From positions 1 to 52,188 of IMG/VR virus record IMGVR_UViG_3300032216_001137: a stretch of DNA of 52,188 nt, one strand, 5' to 3'. Shown here piece after piece: positions 18,447 to 28,600 of this stretch. Every line of letters starts with the position of its first letter. The stretch's first letter is position 1. The notes under the pieces were generated by a model. The model was not told the DNA's origin. It saw only the letters and a program-made list of their open reading frames with translations, and searched no databases. The DNA comes from a virus (lineage: Duplodnaviria; Caudoviricetes). Both the position numbers and the translations under genes were made by a program.

Positions 18447-19670
18447 TTAGAAAGGATCGTCGTATATTTCCTTAACGATTCCTCTATCGATATCCCAATC
18501 TAGGTAGAAACCAAAATCTGTACCATGTCGGTTCTTCCTGCTAATAACCTCAATAATGTTTGTATCTGGAGTACGATGAACAGCAAAAGACATGTCAGCA
18601 TCATATTCAATGGCCTTAGACCATGCTACCTGATTCAACATTGGTGGAGCATCATGATCTGATACATCATCTGCCGTCGCTGCAGTAATATCAATTACTG
18701 GAAGATTATTACGAATAGCAAGAAGTTTAAACTCACGCGAAATATTTCGGTTACGCTCTACCTCAGAGTTTGACTTCTTAGTATCATTAAACAACTGGTG
18801 ATAATCAAGAATCACTAGGTCTGGCCTATGCTGATCAATCTTACCCTGCACAGTTTGTGGAGTAACATCACCCATGCCCTCATTAGATACAAGAACAAAG
18901 CCTCGCTTATCCATAAACTTCTTAGAAGCCCAATGACTGAAATCATCAATGTTAATATCGCCGCGAGAAAACTGACTTGCCCTAAAAATACCACTACCAA
19001 GCATAGTATAAATACGATCACGCATATTCTCTGGAGACATCTCAAGAGAAACAATCATTGGCTTAAAACCTTGTTCCCAAGCCTTACAAGCAAGGTACGA
19101 TGTGGCCCATGTTTTACCACGACCGGGCCAACCAATAACAACAATTAAATGTCCCGGTGCCATACCAGTAGGATACGCCATATCCATAGCCTTAAAACCT
19201 GTTGGGATACCCGGCGAGCCACCCATTTCAGCAGCCCTATTCCGAACCTGCTCAATATGGCGTTCTGCTGCTTCCCAATCTGTAACATCTAGGTCACGAA
19301 CATTATTCGTAAACTTTGACAACTTAGACATCTGTGATTGCAAATCAGAAAGTACCCGCGCTGCAGCATCCGTCTTAAGATTATTACCGGCCTTAAGAAG
19401 AGTATTCCTAATCTGAGCAGCAAGATACTCATTCTTTAACTTATCTAGATAGTATGCTGTCTCTGCCTTAGTGTCTGCTGGCTCAAAATCTCTATACCTT
19501 TCAACAAGGACGGAAACATCTGGTACAGCCTTAAACTTGTAGTAATAGTTCTTAAGCCCTTCCCATACATCACGATGCGATGTAAAAACATCATCAACAT
19601 CATCTGCAAGCAGGATAGAGATATCCTTATTCTGACATACTGAACTAATAACTTCTGATTCTGTATTCAC
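18447..19670 (-). CDS. dnaB: DnaB-like replicative helicase
   Basis: GIPTGF, GWPGRGKT, SLEM, ILDYHQL, IEYDAD and KNRHG. Confidence 0.92.
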   Translation of the reverse strand: MNTESEVISSVCQNKDISILLADDVDDVFTSHRDVWEGLKNYYYKFKAVPDVSVLVERYRDFEPADTKAETAYYLDKLKNEYLAAQIRNTLLKAGNNLKTDAAARVLSDLQSQMSKLSKFTNNVRDLDVTDWEAAERHIEQVRNRAAEMGGSPGIPTGFKAMDMAYPTGMAPGHLIVVIGWPGRGKTWATSYLACKAWEQGFKPMIVSLEMSPENMRDRIYTMLGSGIFRASQFSRGDINIDDFSHWASKKFMDKRGFVLVSNEGMGDVTPQTVQGKIDQHRPDLVILDYHQLFNDTKKSNSEVERNRNISREFKLLAIRNNLPVIDITAATADDVSDHDAPPMLNQVAWSKAIEYDADMSFAVHRTPDTNIIEVISRKNRHGTDFGFYLDWDIDRGIVKEIYDDPF

Positions 19671-19990
19671 TGGCCCTCCATCATTTGCTTTGTTGTCTCT
19701 CGTATCTTAGCACGCCTCATATTATCTTCTTCAGACTTCTTCAACATTTCATCAAGTCGATCAAAGTTGTACATGAACCAGTTTAAAGAATGCTTATTGT
19801 TGCTTGTTGTTTTAAAATAATATGCAATAAGTTGCTGCGCTCGCTCATAGCCAACACTATCAATCAAATCTATCATTGCCCACTTGTCGCGGTACTTATT
19901 AATATTACATGAAGAATTGTACTTATCAGCATAAGCCTTAGAATAAACATTTAAAAGAGTATACGCTGGCTTATGATTTTCACTTGCCAC
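19667..19990 (-). CDS. Hypothetical protein (possible helicase loader/replication accessory)
   Basis: Coupled to the helicase (GTGA overlap); function inferred from position only. Confidence 0.6.
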   Translation of the reverse strand: MASENHKPAYTLLNVYSKAYADKYNSSCNINKYRDKWAMIDLIDSVGYERAQQLIAYYFKTTSNNKHSLNWFMYNFDRLDEMLKKSEEDNMRRAKIRETTKQMMEGQ

Positions 19991-20198
19991 CGTTGTTCTC
20001 TTCCTCTGCTTCTCTCATCTTCTGCTCTATCTTGTCTTCAATGAACTTGTATACTCTTTCTGTAGCACTATCTACAGTCTCTCCATCACGAACAAAATCT
20101 TCTACAGCAATCGAAACTTTCATGTTTTGAAAATTACCAAGATTCTTCGTAAAACCCAATTCAACCCTTACAAGGGTGCTTGTTTTTTCAATCGTCAT
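19980..20198 (-). CDS. Hypothetical protein
   Basis: V.LGFTKNLGNFQ-type small phage protein; ATG 20198 with GGGAG SD. Confidence 0.65.
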   Translation of the reverse strand: MTIEKTSTLVRVELGFTKNLGNFQNMKVSIAVEDFVRDGETVDSATERVYKFIEDKIEQKMREAEEENNGGK

Positions 20199-20237
20199 GT
20201 GTTCTCCCAAAGGAATCGTTTATGTTTCATTTAACAG

Positions 20238-20266
20238 AGCATAGCATCCAATATAAATTTTGGCAA
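20238..20266 (-). promoter_or_regulatory. Sigma70-type promoter for the replication genes
   Basis: TTGCCA-N17-TATGCT with TG extension. Confidence 0.6.
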
Positions 20267-20272
20267 TGCTTT

Positions 20273-20788
20273 TTACCAATCAGGTTGCTTCCAGATAGGA
20301 GTAAATTCCCCATCGGTACCCTTGACATAAAGGACAGTATTATTTTTTAAGATTGCTTCTAGTTCTCTTCTAGAAGGAGCATTAGTTGCTCTTCTCTCGC
20401 CATCTTTTCGCGGTCTTCCTATACTAACAGTCAATAGGTAATCATGCAACCTATAGATATCTTGTTCGCTGAAAAAATACCTTCCCTCGCGCTCAGACCC
20501 ACCAATAACTTGTGCTTTTTGTGGCGCAGGAATATGTCCAGCATAAATGTATTTAAGAATAGTTAATCTATCTCGCCCAATGATTCTTGATACTTCTATA
20601 GCAGAATAAGCACGCTGCATACGCTGTCTACAATCAGACAAAACATATGCAACGCGCTTATCCTGTTGATAATTCCAAGCAATTATCAAATCATCTGGAC
20701 GTTTAACTAGGAGAGTTTTATGCAACTCTTCATTTAGATAGAAATACCTGAGTGTTTTAGTAGTTCTTTTTCTTTTTGATTTAGCCAT
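20273..20788 (-). CDS. HTH (MerR/excisionase-like) DNA-binding protein
   Basis: YSAIEVSRIIGRDRLTILKY...G.IP.P...RYFFSEQDI, then GRPRK. Start set to ATG 20788 (AGGA SD). Confidence 0.7.
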   Translation of the reverse strand: MAKSKRKRTTKTLRYFYLNEELHKTLLVKRPDDLIIAWNYQQDKRVAYVLSDCRQRMQRAYSAIEVSRIIGRDRLTILKYIYAGHIPAPQKAQVIGGSEREGRYFFSEQDIYRLHDYLLTVSIGRPRKDGERRATNAPSRRELEAILKNNTVLYVKGTDGEFTPIWKQPDW

Positions 20789-20919
20789 TGTCCTAACCGA
20801 CTTGATTGTTTCTTTAAAAACCATCGCTTACCGCATCCCATACAAAATAATTCTACATGTATGTGAGAAGTAAAACAACGATCAATAAAGATTCTGCTCT
20901 TACATTTCTTACAATGCAT
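20734..20919 (-). CDS. Small zinc-finger protein
   Basis: CKKC...FCMGCGKR. Confidence 0.65.
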   Translation of the reverse strand: MHCKKCKSRIFIDRCFTSHIHVELFCMGCGKRWFLKKQSSRLGQWLNQKEKELLKHSGISI

Positions 20920-20927
20920 TTAAAGCC

Positions 20928-21188
20928 TTACGGCTGTGTGTCTTCCGAAGATGATACACTCGTAGGTACTGATTCTGATGCAAGTGATGGGCCGAAATTA
21001 CCAATGTTTGCACTAACAATAGATGTTAGTACTGAAAGTACTGCAGCAGTACCTGAAACGGTAAGTGCCTGTGACCAATCGACATTGAGAAGAGTTGATG
21101 CATTTGTAGCAAAAACTGCAACCAGTGCCTGTGCAAATGTCTTCACTGCTCGTTCAAGCACTGCGACAAGGAATGCGGTAGTAAACAT
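20928..21188 (-). CDS. Holin (r1t-type)
   Basis: ERAVKTFAQ...VDW..ALTVSG.AAVLSVLTSI.S...GPSL with two hydrophobic segments. Confidence 0.85.
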   Translation of the reverse strand: MFTTAFLVAVLERAVKTFAQALVAVFATNASTLLNVDWSQALTVSGTAAVLSVLTSIVSANIGNFGPSLASESVPTSVSSSEDTQP

Positions 21189-21199
21189 TTTTCTCCTAA

Positions 21200-22000
21200 T
21201 TAACCTGTAAATTTTTTACCATCTGCGAAGATGGTATAGTCTTTTGATATTTCTATTAACTGTACATGTGGATATTCGCCATTTTCAATATGTGCTATAG
21301 CGAAACCTTGCTGCCAGTTGTGTACGGTTGTATACTTAAATTGATCGTTCTTAACATCGCACATGTGACCAATCTCATATCCGCGTAGCGTTTCATTTCT
21401 TAACTCATGAGTTTTATAATAAGTACCAAGCCTGTGGCTATGGCCTCTCATCATAGATACCCCATAATTTTCCACATCTTTTCGTGCAGACTCACCTGCA
21501 TTTTGTGATAAAGCAACACCATGATGTACATGGATATCACCAAATCTCTTGCGTGGAAGATCATTATAATAAATATAATCATAACCTAAGTCGTCTAATC
21601 CCCACAAGGAATTAGGAGTTACTTTTTCAAGAATCTCAGGATTCTTTTTCTCAAAGTAATCAAATACTCTAATGTCATGGTTTCCAAGTGCAGTAAACAG
21701 TTGTGCTTTTGGCGCTGTTTTTCTAATCTCAGAATAAAACTTTTTCGTATTTGAAGACTCTTGTGCAACTAACTTAAGTAATGTTTCTTCATTTTCTGGC
21801 TTCTGATTCGCTAAAAGAAATTCGTCAGGCTTACCGTCAGAATATCTAGAATAGCAATTTTGATCATCAATATCACCTAGAAGATCTACAACATCCGGCT
21901 TAAACCATTTCATAAAATTAAAAAACAATTTAGTAGCACGAACATCTTCATAGGGGATCTGAAAATCAGAGGCAATAAGCCACTTTAAATCATTAGTCAT
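21200..22000 (-). CDS. Calcineurin-like metallophosphoesterase
   Basis: SD.QIPY, LGD..D, GNHD, HHG, GHSHR and NWQQGF. Confidence 0.87.
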   Translation of the reverse strand: MTNDLKWLIASDFQIPYEDVRATKLFFNFMKWFKPDVVDLLGDIDDQNCYSRYSDGKPDEFLLANQKPENEETLLKLVAQESSNTKKFYSEIRKTAPKAQLFTALGNHDIRVFDYFEKKNPEILEKVTPNSLWGLDDLGYDYIYYNDLPRKRFGDIHVHHGVALSQNAGESARKDVENYGVSMMRGHSHRLGTYYKTHELRNETLRGYEIGHMCDVKNDQFKYTTVHNWQQGFAIAHIENGEYPHVQLIEISKDYTIFADGKKFTG

Positions 22001-22008
22001 TTAATTCC

Positions 22009-22392
22009 TTAATATCCAATAGCAGTTACATGCAAAGTATAGTTTTGCACATTAATATTTCCTGAATAGAAAATAGCATAATTTACTTCATTCTGAGTAA
22101 CAGACTTAATGACAGGTGTCACAAAGAACGGGTCTGCCTGTTCTACCGTTAACTGTACAGTAGGGATAGATATAAATGGAACCGGAAACTGAATTCTATT
22201 AAATGTTTGTGTAATAGAAAACTGTAACCTATCAGAATATACTTTTAACTCACCGATACTCTTCTGTTGACCCTGAAGTCTTAAGTAATCTAAACGATTA
22301 ACAGACTGGTAAACATTACCAATTAATGATTGATGAGAATCTAAAGCATTCTTAATATTTTCTGAAGTTAACTCAACTGATGGATCATACAT
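22009..22392 (-). CDS. Putative minor tail protein (H-type-lectin/gp53-like beta domain)
   Basis: IQFPVPF..IPTVQLT...LHVTAIGY. Confidence 0.55.
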   Translation of the reverse strand: MYDPSVELTSENIKNALDSHQSLIGNVYQSVNRLDYLRLQGQQKSIGELKVYSDRLQFSITQTFNRIQFPVPFISIPTVQLTVEQADPFFVTPVIKSVTQNEVNYAIFYSGNINVQNYTLHVTAIGY

Positions 22393-22612
22393 CAGACTTA
22401 GCAGCGTTCTTTCTGGCTTCTGCCAATGACGTAATTAGTTCTGAAATTCTCTGATCCTTACCCTGTAGTTCCTGTGTTGCCTGCGCCTTTAGCACAGCGA
22501 GGCGGGTTTCATATTCAGTAGTAATCTGACCGATTCTATTCTGAAGTTCCTGCACTACAAGTTCAATAACTTGAGGCTGACCCTGCTCTTGATTCATAGG
22601 TTGCTCTGACAT
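22385..22612 (-). CDS. Small coiled-coil hypothetical protein
   Basis: ELVVQELQNRIGQITTEYE heptads; AAAGGA SD. Confidence 0.65.
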   Translation of the reverse strand: MSEQPMNQEQGQPQVIELVVQELQNRIGQITTEYETRLAVLKAQATQELQGKDQRISELITSLAEARKNAAKSDV

Positions 22613-22635
22613 ATTTTTCCTTTCGTGTCTTTTAT

Positions 22636-22665
22636 ATTGTAGTACATTTTAATATTTTATGTCAA
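22636..22665 (-). promoter_or_regulatory. Sigma70-type promoter
   Basis: TTGACA-N18-TACAAT in the gap after the tail fibre gene. Confidence 0.65.
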
Positions 22666-22682
22666 AATTTTATATTTAAAAA

Positions 22683-25600
22683 TTATTTATTTAATAGCAT
22701 AGTAACGCTTGATGTTAATTCTTCAATTTTTATTTGTTGTTCTTGAACGACTGCCCATAATATGGCTATCATTCCATTAGCCCCGTATCCCTTCGGATTG
22801 CCATCTTCATCATATGTGGCAAGTTGCGGCATCTTATCTGCAACATCCTCTGCAATAAATCCAAAATTTTCTATATTCTGATCATCATCTGGAAGAAGTG
22901 ATTTGTATGTTACAGGAACAATTTTAAAAGCATCATAAATATTTATTGAACTTGAATTTAAAATTTTATTTGATAAAACAGAAGGACTTAATTGTGAAAA
23001 ATTAGATAAAGAAAATATATCTTTTTTATATTCTTGCTTAGAAGAAAATCTATAAATACTATAATTAGGTGTGCTTCCAAAGAATACCAATGGGTCGTTG
23101 GCTGTGCTTGTTGTTGGTGTGTTATAAATCGCCACTGACCTTACTACTGCTCTTGTGGTAGAATTTGTACCCCACCCAAGATATATATAACTAGTAAGAT
23201 TATCATTTCCTATGTTTATGATGTTACCAGATTGTAAATCTATATTTCCAGCACTATACAGTCCGATACTATTATTAGTCACCTCCGACCAAGTTGCACC
23301 ATTTGCACTTTCAACTGAAATTGTTGCATTAGCATATGAACTAAGCCAACCAGCAGTATTCCCGTCTGGGCCGTCTAATTGTATAGAAGGGTATCCAACT
23401 ATGGATGTATCTGAAGCATTGCTTGGAGTTCTTGCCCAAATTCTAACATTTTGTTCAATCCTAGTACCATTACCTGATGGCGTTGTTCCAAGAATTAGAT
23501 ACGGAGTTATAGTTCCAAGATCATTGTATAATGCTGATCTAAAAAATGCATATGGGGAAGCAGTAGTTGGCCTAACTCTATATGATGTTTCAAGGGAAAT
23601 TGTTGAAGTACCAGTAGTTGGGACAGTTTGAGTAAATAAATAAGTTCCCGCACTTCCAGAAGTTGAATTAATTGAATTTGAAGATATAGCCCATCCACCA
23701 ATAGAGCCAGATTGACCATTAATAAAGCCAGTAATACTTGCACTTGTTGCATAAAGATTACCAGAATAATCAACTCTAAAAGGTGCCGTCGATCTATTTG
23801 CTACAGCAGATCCAGCGAAAAATGATATTTCATTTGAAGCAGGTGCTGTTGGATATACGGGGGCATATATTCCAACGCAGGCAGATGTGATACCTGCCTG
23901 ATTTACTGTCCAACCACCAATATTTGCAGAAGTAGAATAAAGAAAACCATTAGAATTTACAACAAATAAACTGTTTACCCCTGTTTTGTTTATTCCACCG
24001 GCATAAAATACGTTTCCAGTACCAACTGACATACCATAATATTTACCTGATGTTTGAGCATAAAGAAGGCCGGGTTCTAATGACCATCCACCAATATTTG
24101 CTGATGAAGAATACATAAAACCATTTGGATCTGCATAAAAATATGCATTTGTCCCAAGTTTATCTGTAGCGCCAGCATAAAAGACACCACCATTTAATGC
24201 CATGCCATAATATCTACCTGAAGTTTGAGCATAAAAAAGATTTGGCTCTAACGTCCAACCTGCAACATTACCATATTGAGATGTTACAGATCCAGAAAAA
24301 GATCCTGATGTAGCATAAACATTGCCTGTAAAAGATCCTGAACCATTTATAGTAGCACTACCTGCAATATAAACATTGCTTCCATCAAATCTAAGATAGT
24401 TAGTTGTGCTGCCAATATCTATAGCAGGGTTTGATCCATTATATCCAACATACCATCCAATTCCAGTTCCATAAACAGTTTTACCGGCTTTTATTTCACC
24501 ACCAGATATTACTGTCATAGGGGCAAAAAATTGTGGTGCCCCGCTTGAAGCAGTTATTGCAGCAGTTTTACCATTTAATGTTGTTGCGCTACCTGTTAAT
24601 GCTGTTACAGAACCACTGACAGAACCACTTAAAGTATTTATTGAATTATTTAAAGTTGTACTACTTGTATTAATACTATTATTTAAACTTGTACTTGCAG
24701 TATTAACTTGATTGTTTGTTGCTGCTGTTCCACCTGTAACATTTATAGTTCCATTAATTGTTAATGAAGCGCCATCCCATTGCATATAATTTCCAGCAGG
24801 ATTACCAATATCGAATCTTGGGGTACCTCCATTAAATTCTAACAACCAACCAGTGCCAGTTTGCCATGCAGTTTTACCTGCTTTTATAGAGCCAGCAGAA
24901 AGCACTGTCATTGGATTAGCAAGTGCCCCTGTTGAATCAAATGCCGATGTTTTAGTATTTAATTGATTAACAGATCCACTAACAGAACTGCTAAGAGTAT
25001 TAATATTATTATTTAGAGTAGAACTTGCATTACTTACTTGAGTATTAGTAGCAGCATTACCGCCAGTAACATTAATTTGACCATTAACAATAAGACTTGA
25101 TCCATCCCATGTTAATTGATTGCCAAGACTAAAACTGCCAGTTCCATCAACATAAAATGGTGTATTTACGTTAGAAAAAGATCCCGTCGTGCCATTTGTG
25201 ATAGCAATTTGATTAGATGAATTCTGAGCGCCAACTTGCATTATTAATTTAAGAGTATTTCCACCCTGAATTTGGAATCTTGTTCCATCATATTTAAAAT
25301 AAGTTAAAGGATTACCAACACGGAACTGATTATTAACTAACCACCAGTTATACGAATCTAATCTTATACCATTACCAGAATCATGATACCAACTATCAGT
25401 AGCACTTGCCCCTTCTGGGGGATGAAAGCCCATAGTTAATTGTTGAATACTTACTCTACCGGAGCCGCTAGTATTAACAATACCGCTAGGAGTGATCGCT
25501 AATGATCCATAATTAATGAAAAATTGCGTACTATTTGGAATCGAAACAATTGTATAAGCATTTGTACCTTTACTTGATGCTGAATAATTTAAAAGATTTA

Positions 25601-28600
25601 AACCATTAATATTTGGTAAATCAGTAAATATAACAATTGCAGAAGAACTAAAGAAGTGTCCTCCAGATGCTGTGAACAAAATAGTACTTGCAGTTGTATT
25701 AATACTTGCACTAGTAACATTAGCAAAAAGGGTTGGTGAAGCAATTGGAGTTACAGAATCAATAACCCCGCGAATTGTTCCATTAACATTCAATAATGAT
25801 AAATTATCAGGTTGAAGTGTCGTGACATATGTTCCATTAGTACCAGAATAATTAGATGTTAAAGTAATAGTGGCATTTGTTGTATATGTAATTGATGAAA
25901 TTCGAACACCCGTTGGAAGAACCGAACTCGTTACTATAGTATTTGGAATAACAGTACTTGCACTATTATTATATGTTGTTGTTATAACTGGCGAACCATT
26001 AGTATATGTTGCTGAAAGCGTTATGATTGATGCTGAACCCTTGCTAGGGGCAAAGGTTAGTTGGTTGCCTAGTGAGAAGTAACCATTTGAATCTACATAG
26101 AATCCAGTATCTCCAGTTCCATAGTTACCATAACCTATATATATTTTAGGGCTGGCTGAAGAGTTTAATGCTACTCTAGTTGTTCCAGTTCCGGTTCCTA
26201 TTTCTTGGCTTGTTAATGACCATCCACCAATGTTACCAACTGATGCAGTTATTTGTCCAGCAATTGAAGCATTGCTTGCAATTAAATTACCACTATTTGT
26301 TACGCTAAATGGAGCAGAAGAAGGAATATCATTTCCTGCATAAATTGCATAATTTCCTGTTGTTAATGCAACTCTGGTTCCCGCTGCGCCTGCTGTCAAT
26401 GATGATGTTGATATTGACCATCCTCCAATAGAACCAGCACTTGCGGTTATTTGACCAACAATAGAAGCACTCTGAGCAACCATTGCTCCAGCCTGATTTA
26501 CTGTAAATTGATTAGAGCCTAAGTTTAATCCAGTTGTTGATGATAGTACAATATTTGTTGCAGATAAACTATTTAATCCAATAGTAAATCCACCAATATT
26601 TCCGGTGGAAGCAGAAATATTTCCACTGAACGATCCTGATGTTGCATTAACTGATCCAGTAATGTTAGCATTAGTTGCTGTTAGATTACCAGCATAGTCA
26701 ACTTTAAATGGTGCCGTTGCCCTATTTGCTAAAGCAGAACCTGCAAAAATTGCAATGTCTGATGATAATGGGGATGTCGGAGCATACAGACCGACGCTTG
26801 ATGATGTCAATGCACTACTTGATATTAACCATCCACCAATAGTACCGGCACTTGCTGTAATTTGTCCAGTAATAGAAGCACTTTGAGCAATCATATTACC
26901 AGAAGAATCAACAGTAAATTTATAAGGAGCAGTTGCCGGAACCGCAATATATGATCCTACAATAGACCCCGTATTACCAAAATTTAAATTAACGCCTGTA
27001 GCACTTATACCACCAATAAGAGAACCTGATGACATAACTGCGCCTGAGAAAGACGCTGCTTGTGCATATAAAATACCACCACTAGTAACATTAAATTTTG
27101 CAGCCGCACCCGCGCTACTAGTTGCTCCTGCAAAAATGGTGGAAGTTGCATTTGTTGGATCTAAACCTGTAACATTTGGACTTGTTCCACCATATAATGC
27201 TGTTGGGGTTATTATCCATCCACCAATACTTCCTACTGATGAACTAATATTTCCAGTAAATGTTCCAGCAGATGCATAAACATTTCCAGTAAATGATCCA
27301 GATGTAGCATTAATTGACCCTGTGAAATACCCGGCTGAAGCATAAATATTTCCCGTAAAAGATCCAGATGTTGCAACAACGCGACCATCATAATAAACCC
27401 TAAAAGGCGCTACCGATGCATTAGAAAAACTAGCACCAGCGTAAATTGCTACAGTGCTACCAGATGGATTTGGTGGAGATGAGAAGCCAGTTTGACTAGT
27501 TGGATCTCCAATTGCTAAAGTTGAACCATTCCAAGCAAACTTTGTGCCAAGATTGAACGAACCGTCACTTGCTGATAATAAGAATGTAGGATTGCCTGCC
27601 GCATTATAACCTTGAACACCACTAGCATTGAATATCGTTCTTGCTCCAGAATTTGCCGCGCTACCTGCAAAAAGCGAACCATTTGGACCTACCTGTATAT
27701 TTCCACTAAAAGATCCAGACCTAGCAATTATTTTACCATCAACTAAGAAATTAATTCCATCCCATGTAACAGAACCATTTGCTAAACTAAAATTACCTGA
27801 ATCATACCAATAATTACTAGTATTTATTTTAATTCCATTAAGCCCTCCACCAAAGGCTCCTATCCCCAAGGTACCTGCAGTCATAGATCCAGTAAATTGA
27901 CCTGATTGTGCTACTATGCTACCCGCAACAGTTAACGTACTTGCAGTTGGATTGAATGTTAATTTATCTCTAAGACTAAAATATCCATCTCCATCAAGAT
28001 AGAATCCAGTAGTTGTATTATTATATAATCCTACTGCACCTGAATATATTTTACCAGCGACAGATGCATTACCGGCAAGGAGGTTTATTTGATTAGACGA
28101 CGTTCCACCAATACTTATTTTTTGATCTATAAATGCAGTACTTGCAGTAATCAATGATGCTGATAATGAATTAGCCTGTATTCTTCCAGCATTTAAAAAT
28201 CCAGTTGTTATTTTACCCGCATCTAGTGTTGATATTGTTGAATTAGTTAATGGTCTTTCTACCCAAGCCGTTGTTCCTGCAGCAGATGCAGTTCTAAAAG
28301 CAGTTATAGATGCACCAGTGGTATCTACAACAAACCAAGTATCTCCAGATGCAGTCGCTGTTGGAACAGTCGTTGATGCATTATAAAATATTATATTTTT
28401 ACCATTTGCACTAGTCTGTGCAGAAATTGCAACTCCTGAAGCAGATATTGCTGGATCTGTACCAATTGCAATTGATAATGGTGTCGGAGAAGCCCCTAGA
28501 TTTCCTTGGGTATCGAAGGGCTGTGCTGTAACATAATATGTCGTATTCCAAAAGGGTACAGCAAATCCTATCCTATTATTTAAAGAATTAAATGTTTGTA

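Noticed and set aside
11513-19670. Inteins or introns in RecA, DnaE, primase or helicase
   Set aside because: Lengths are normal, motifs are contiguous, and no splice-junction or LAGLIDADG signatures are seen.
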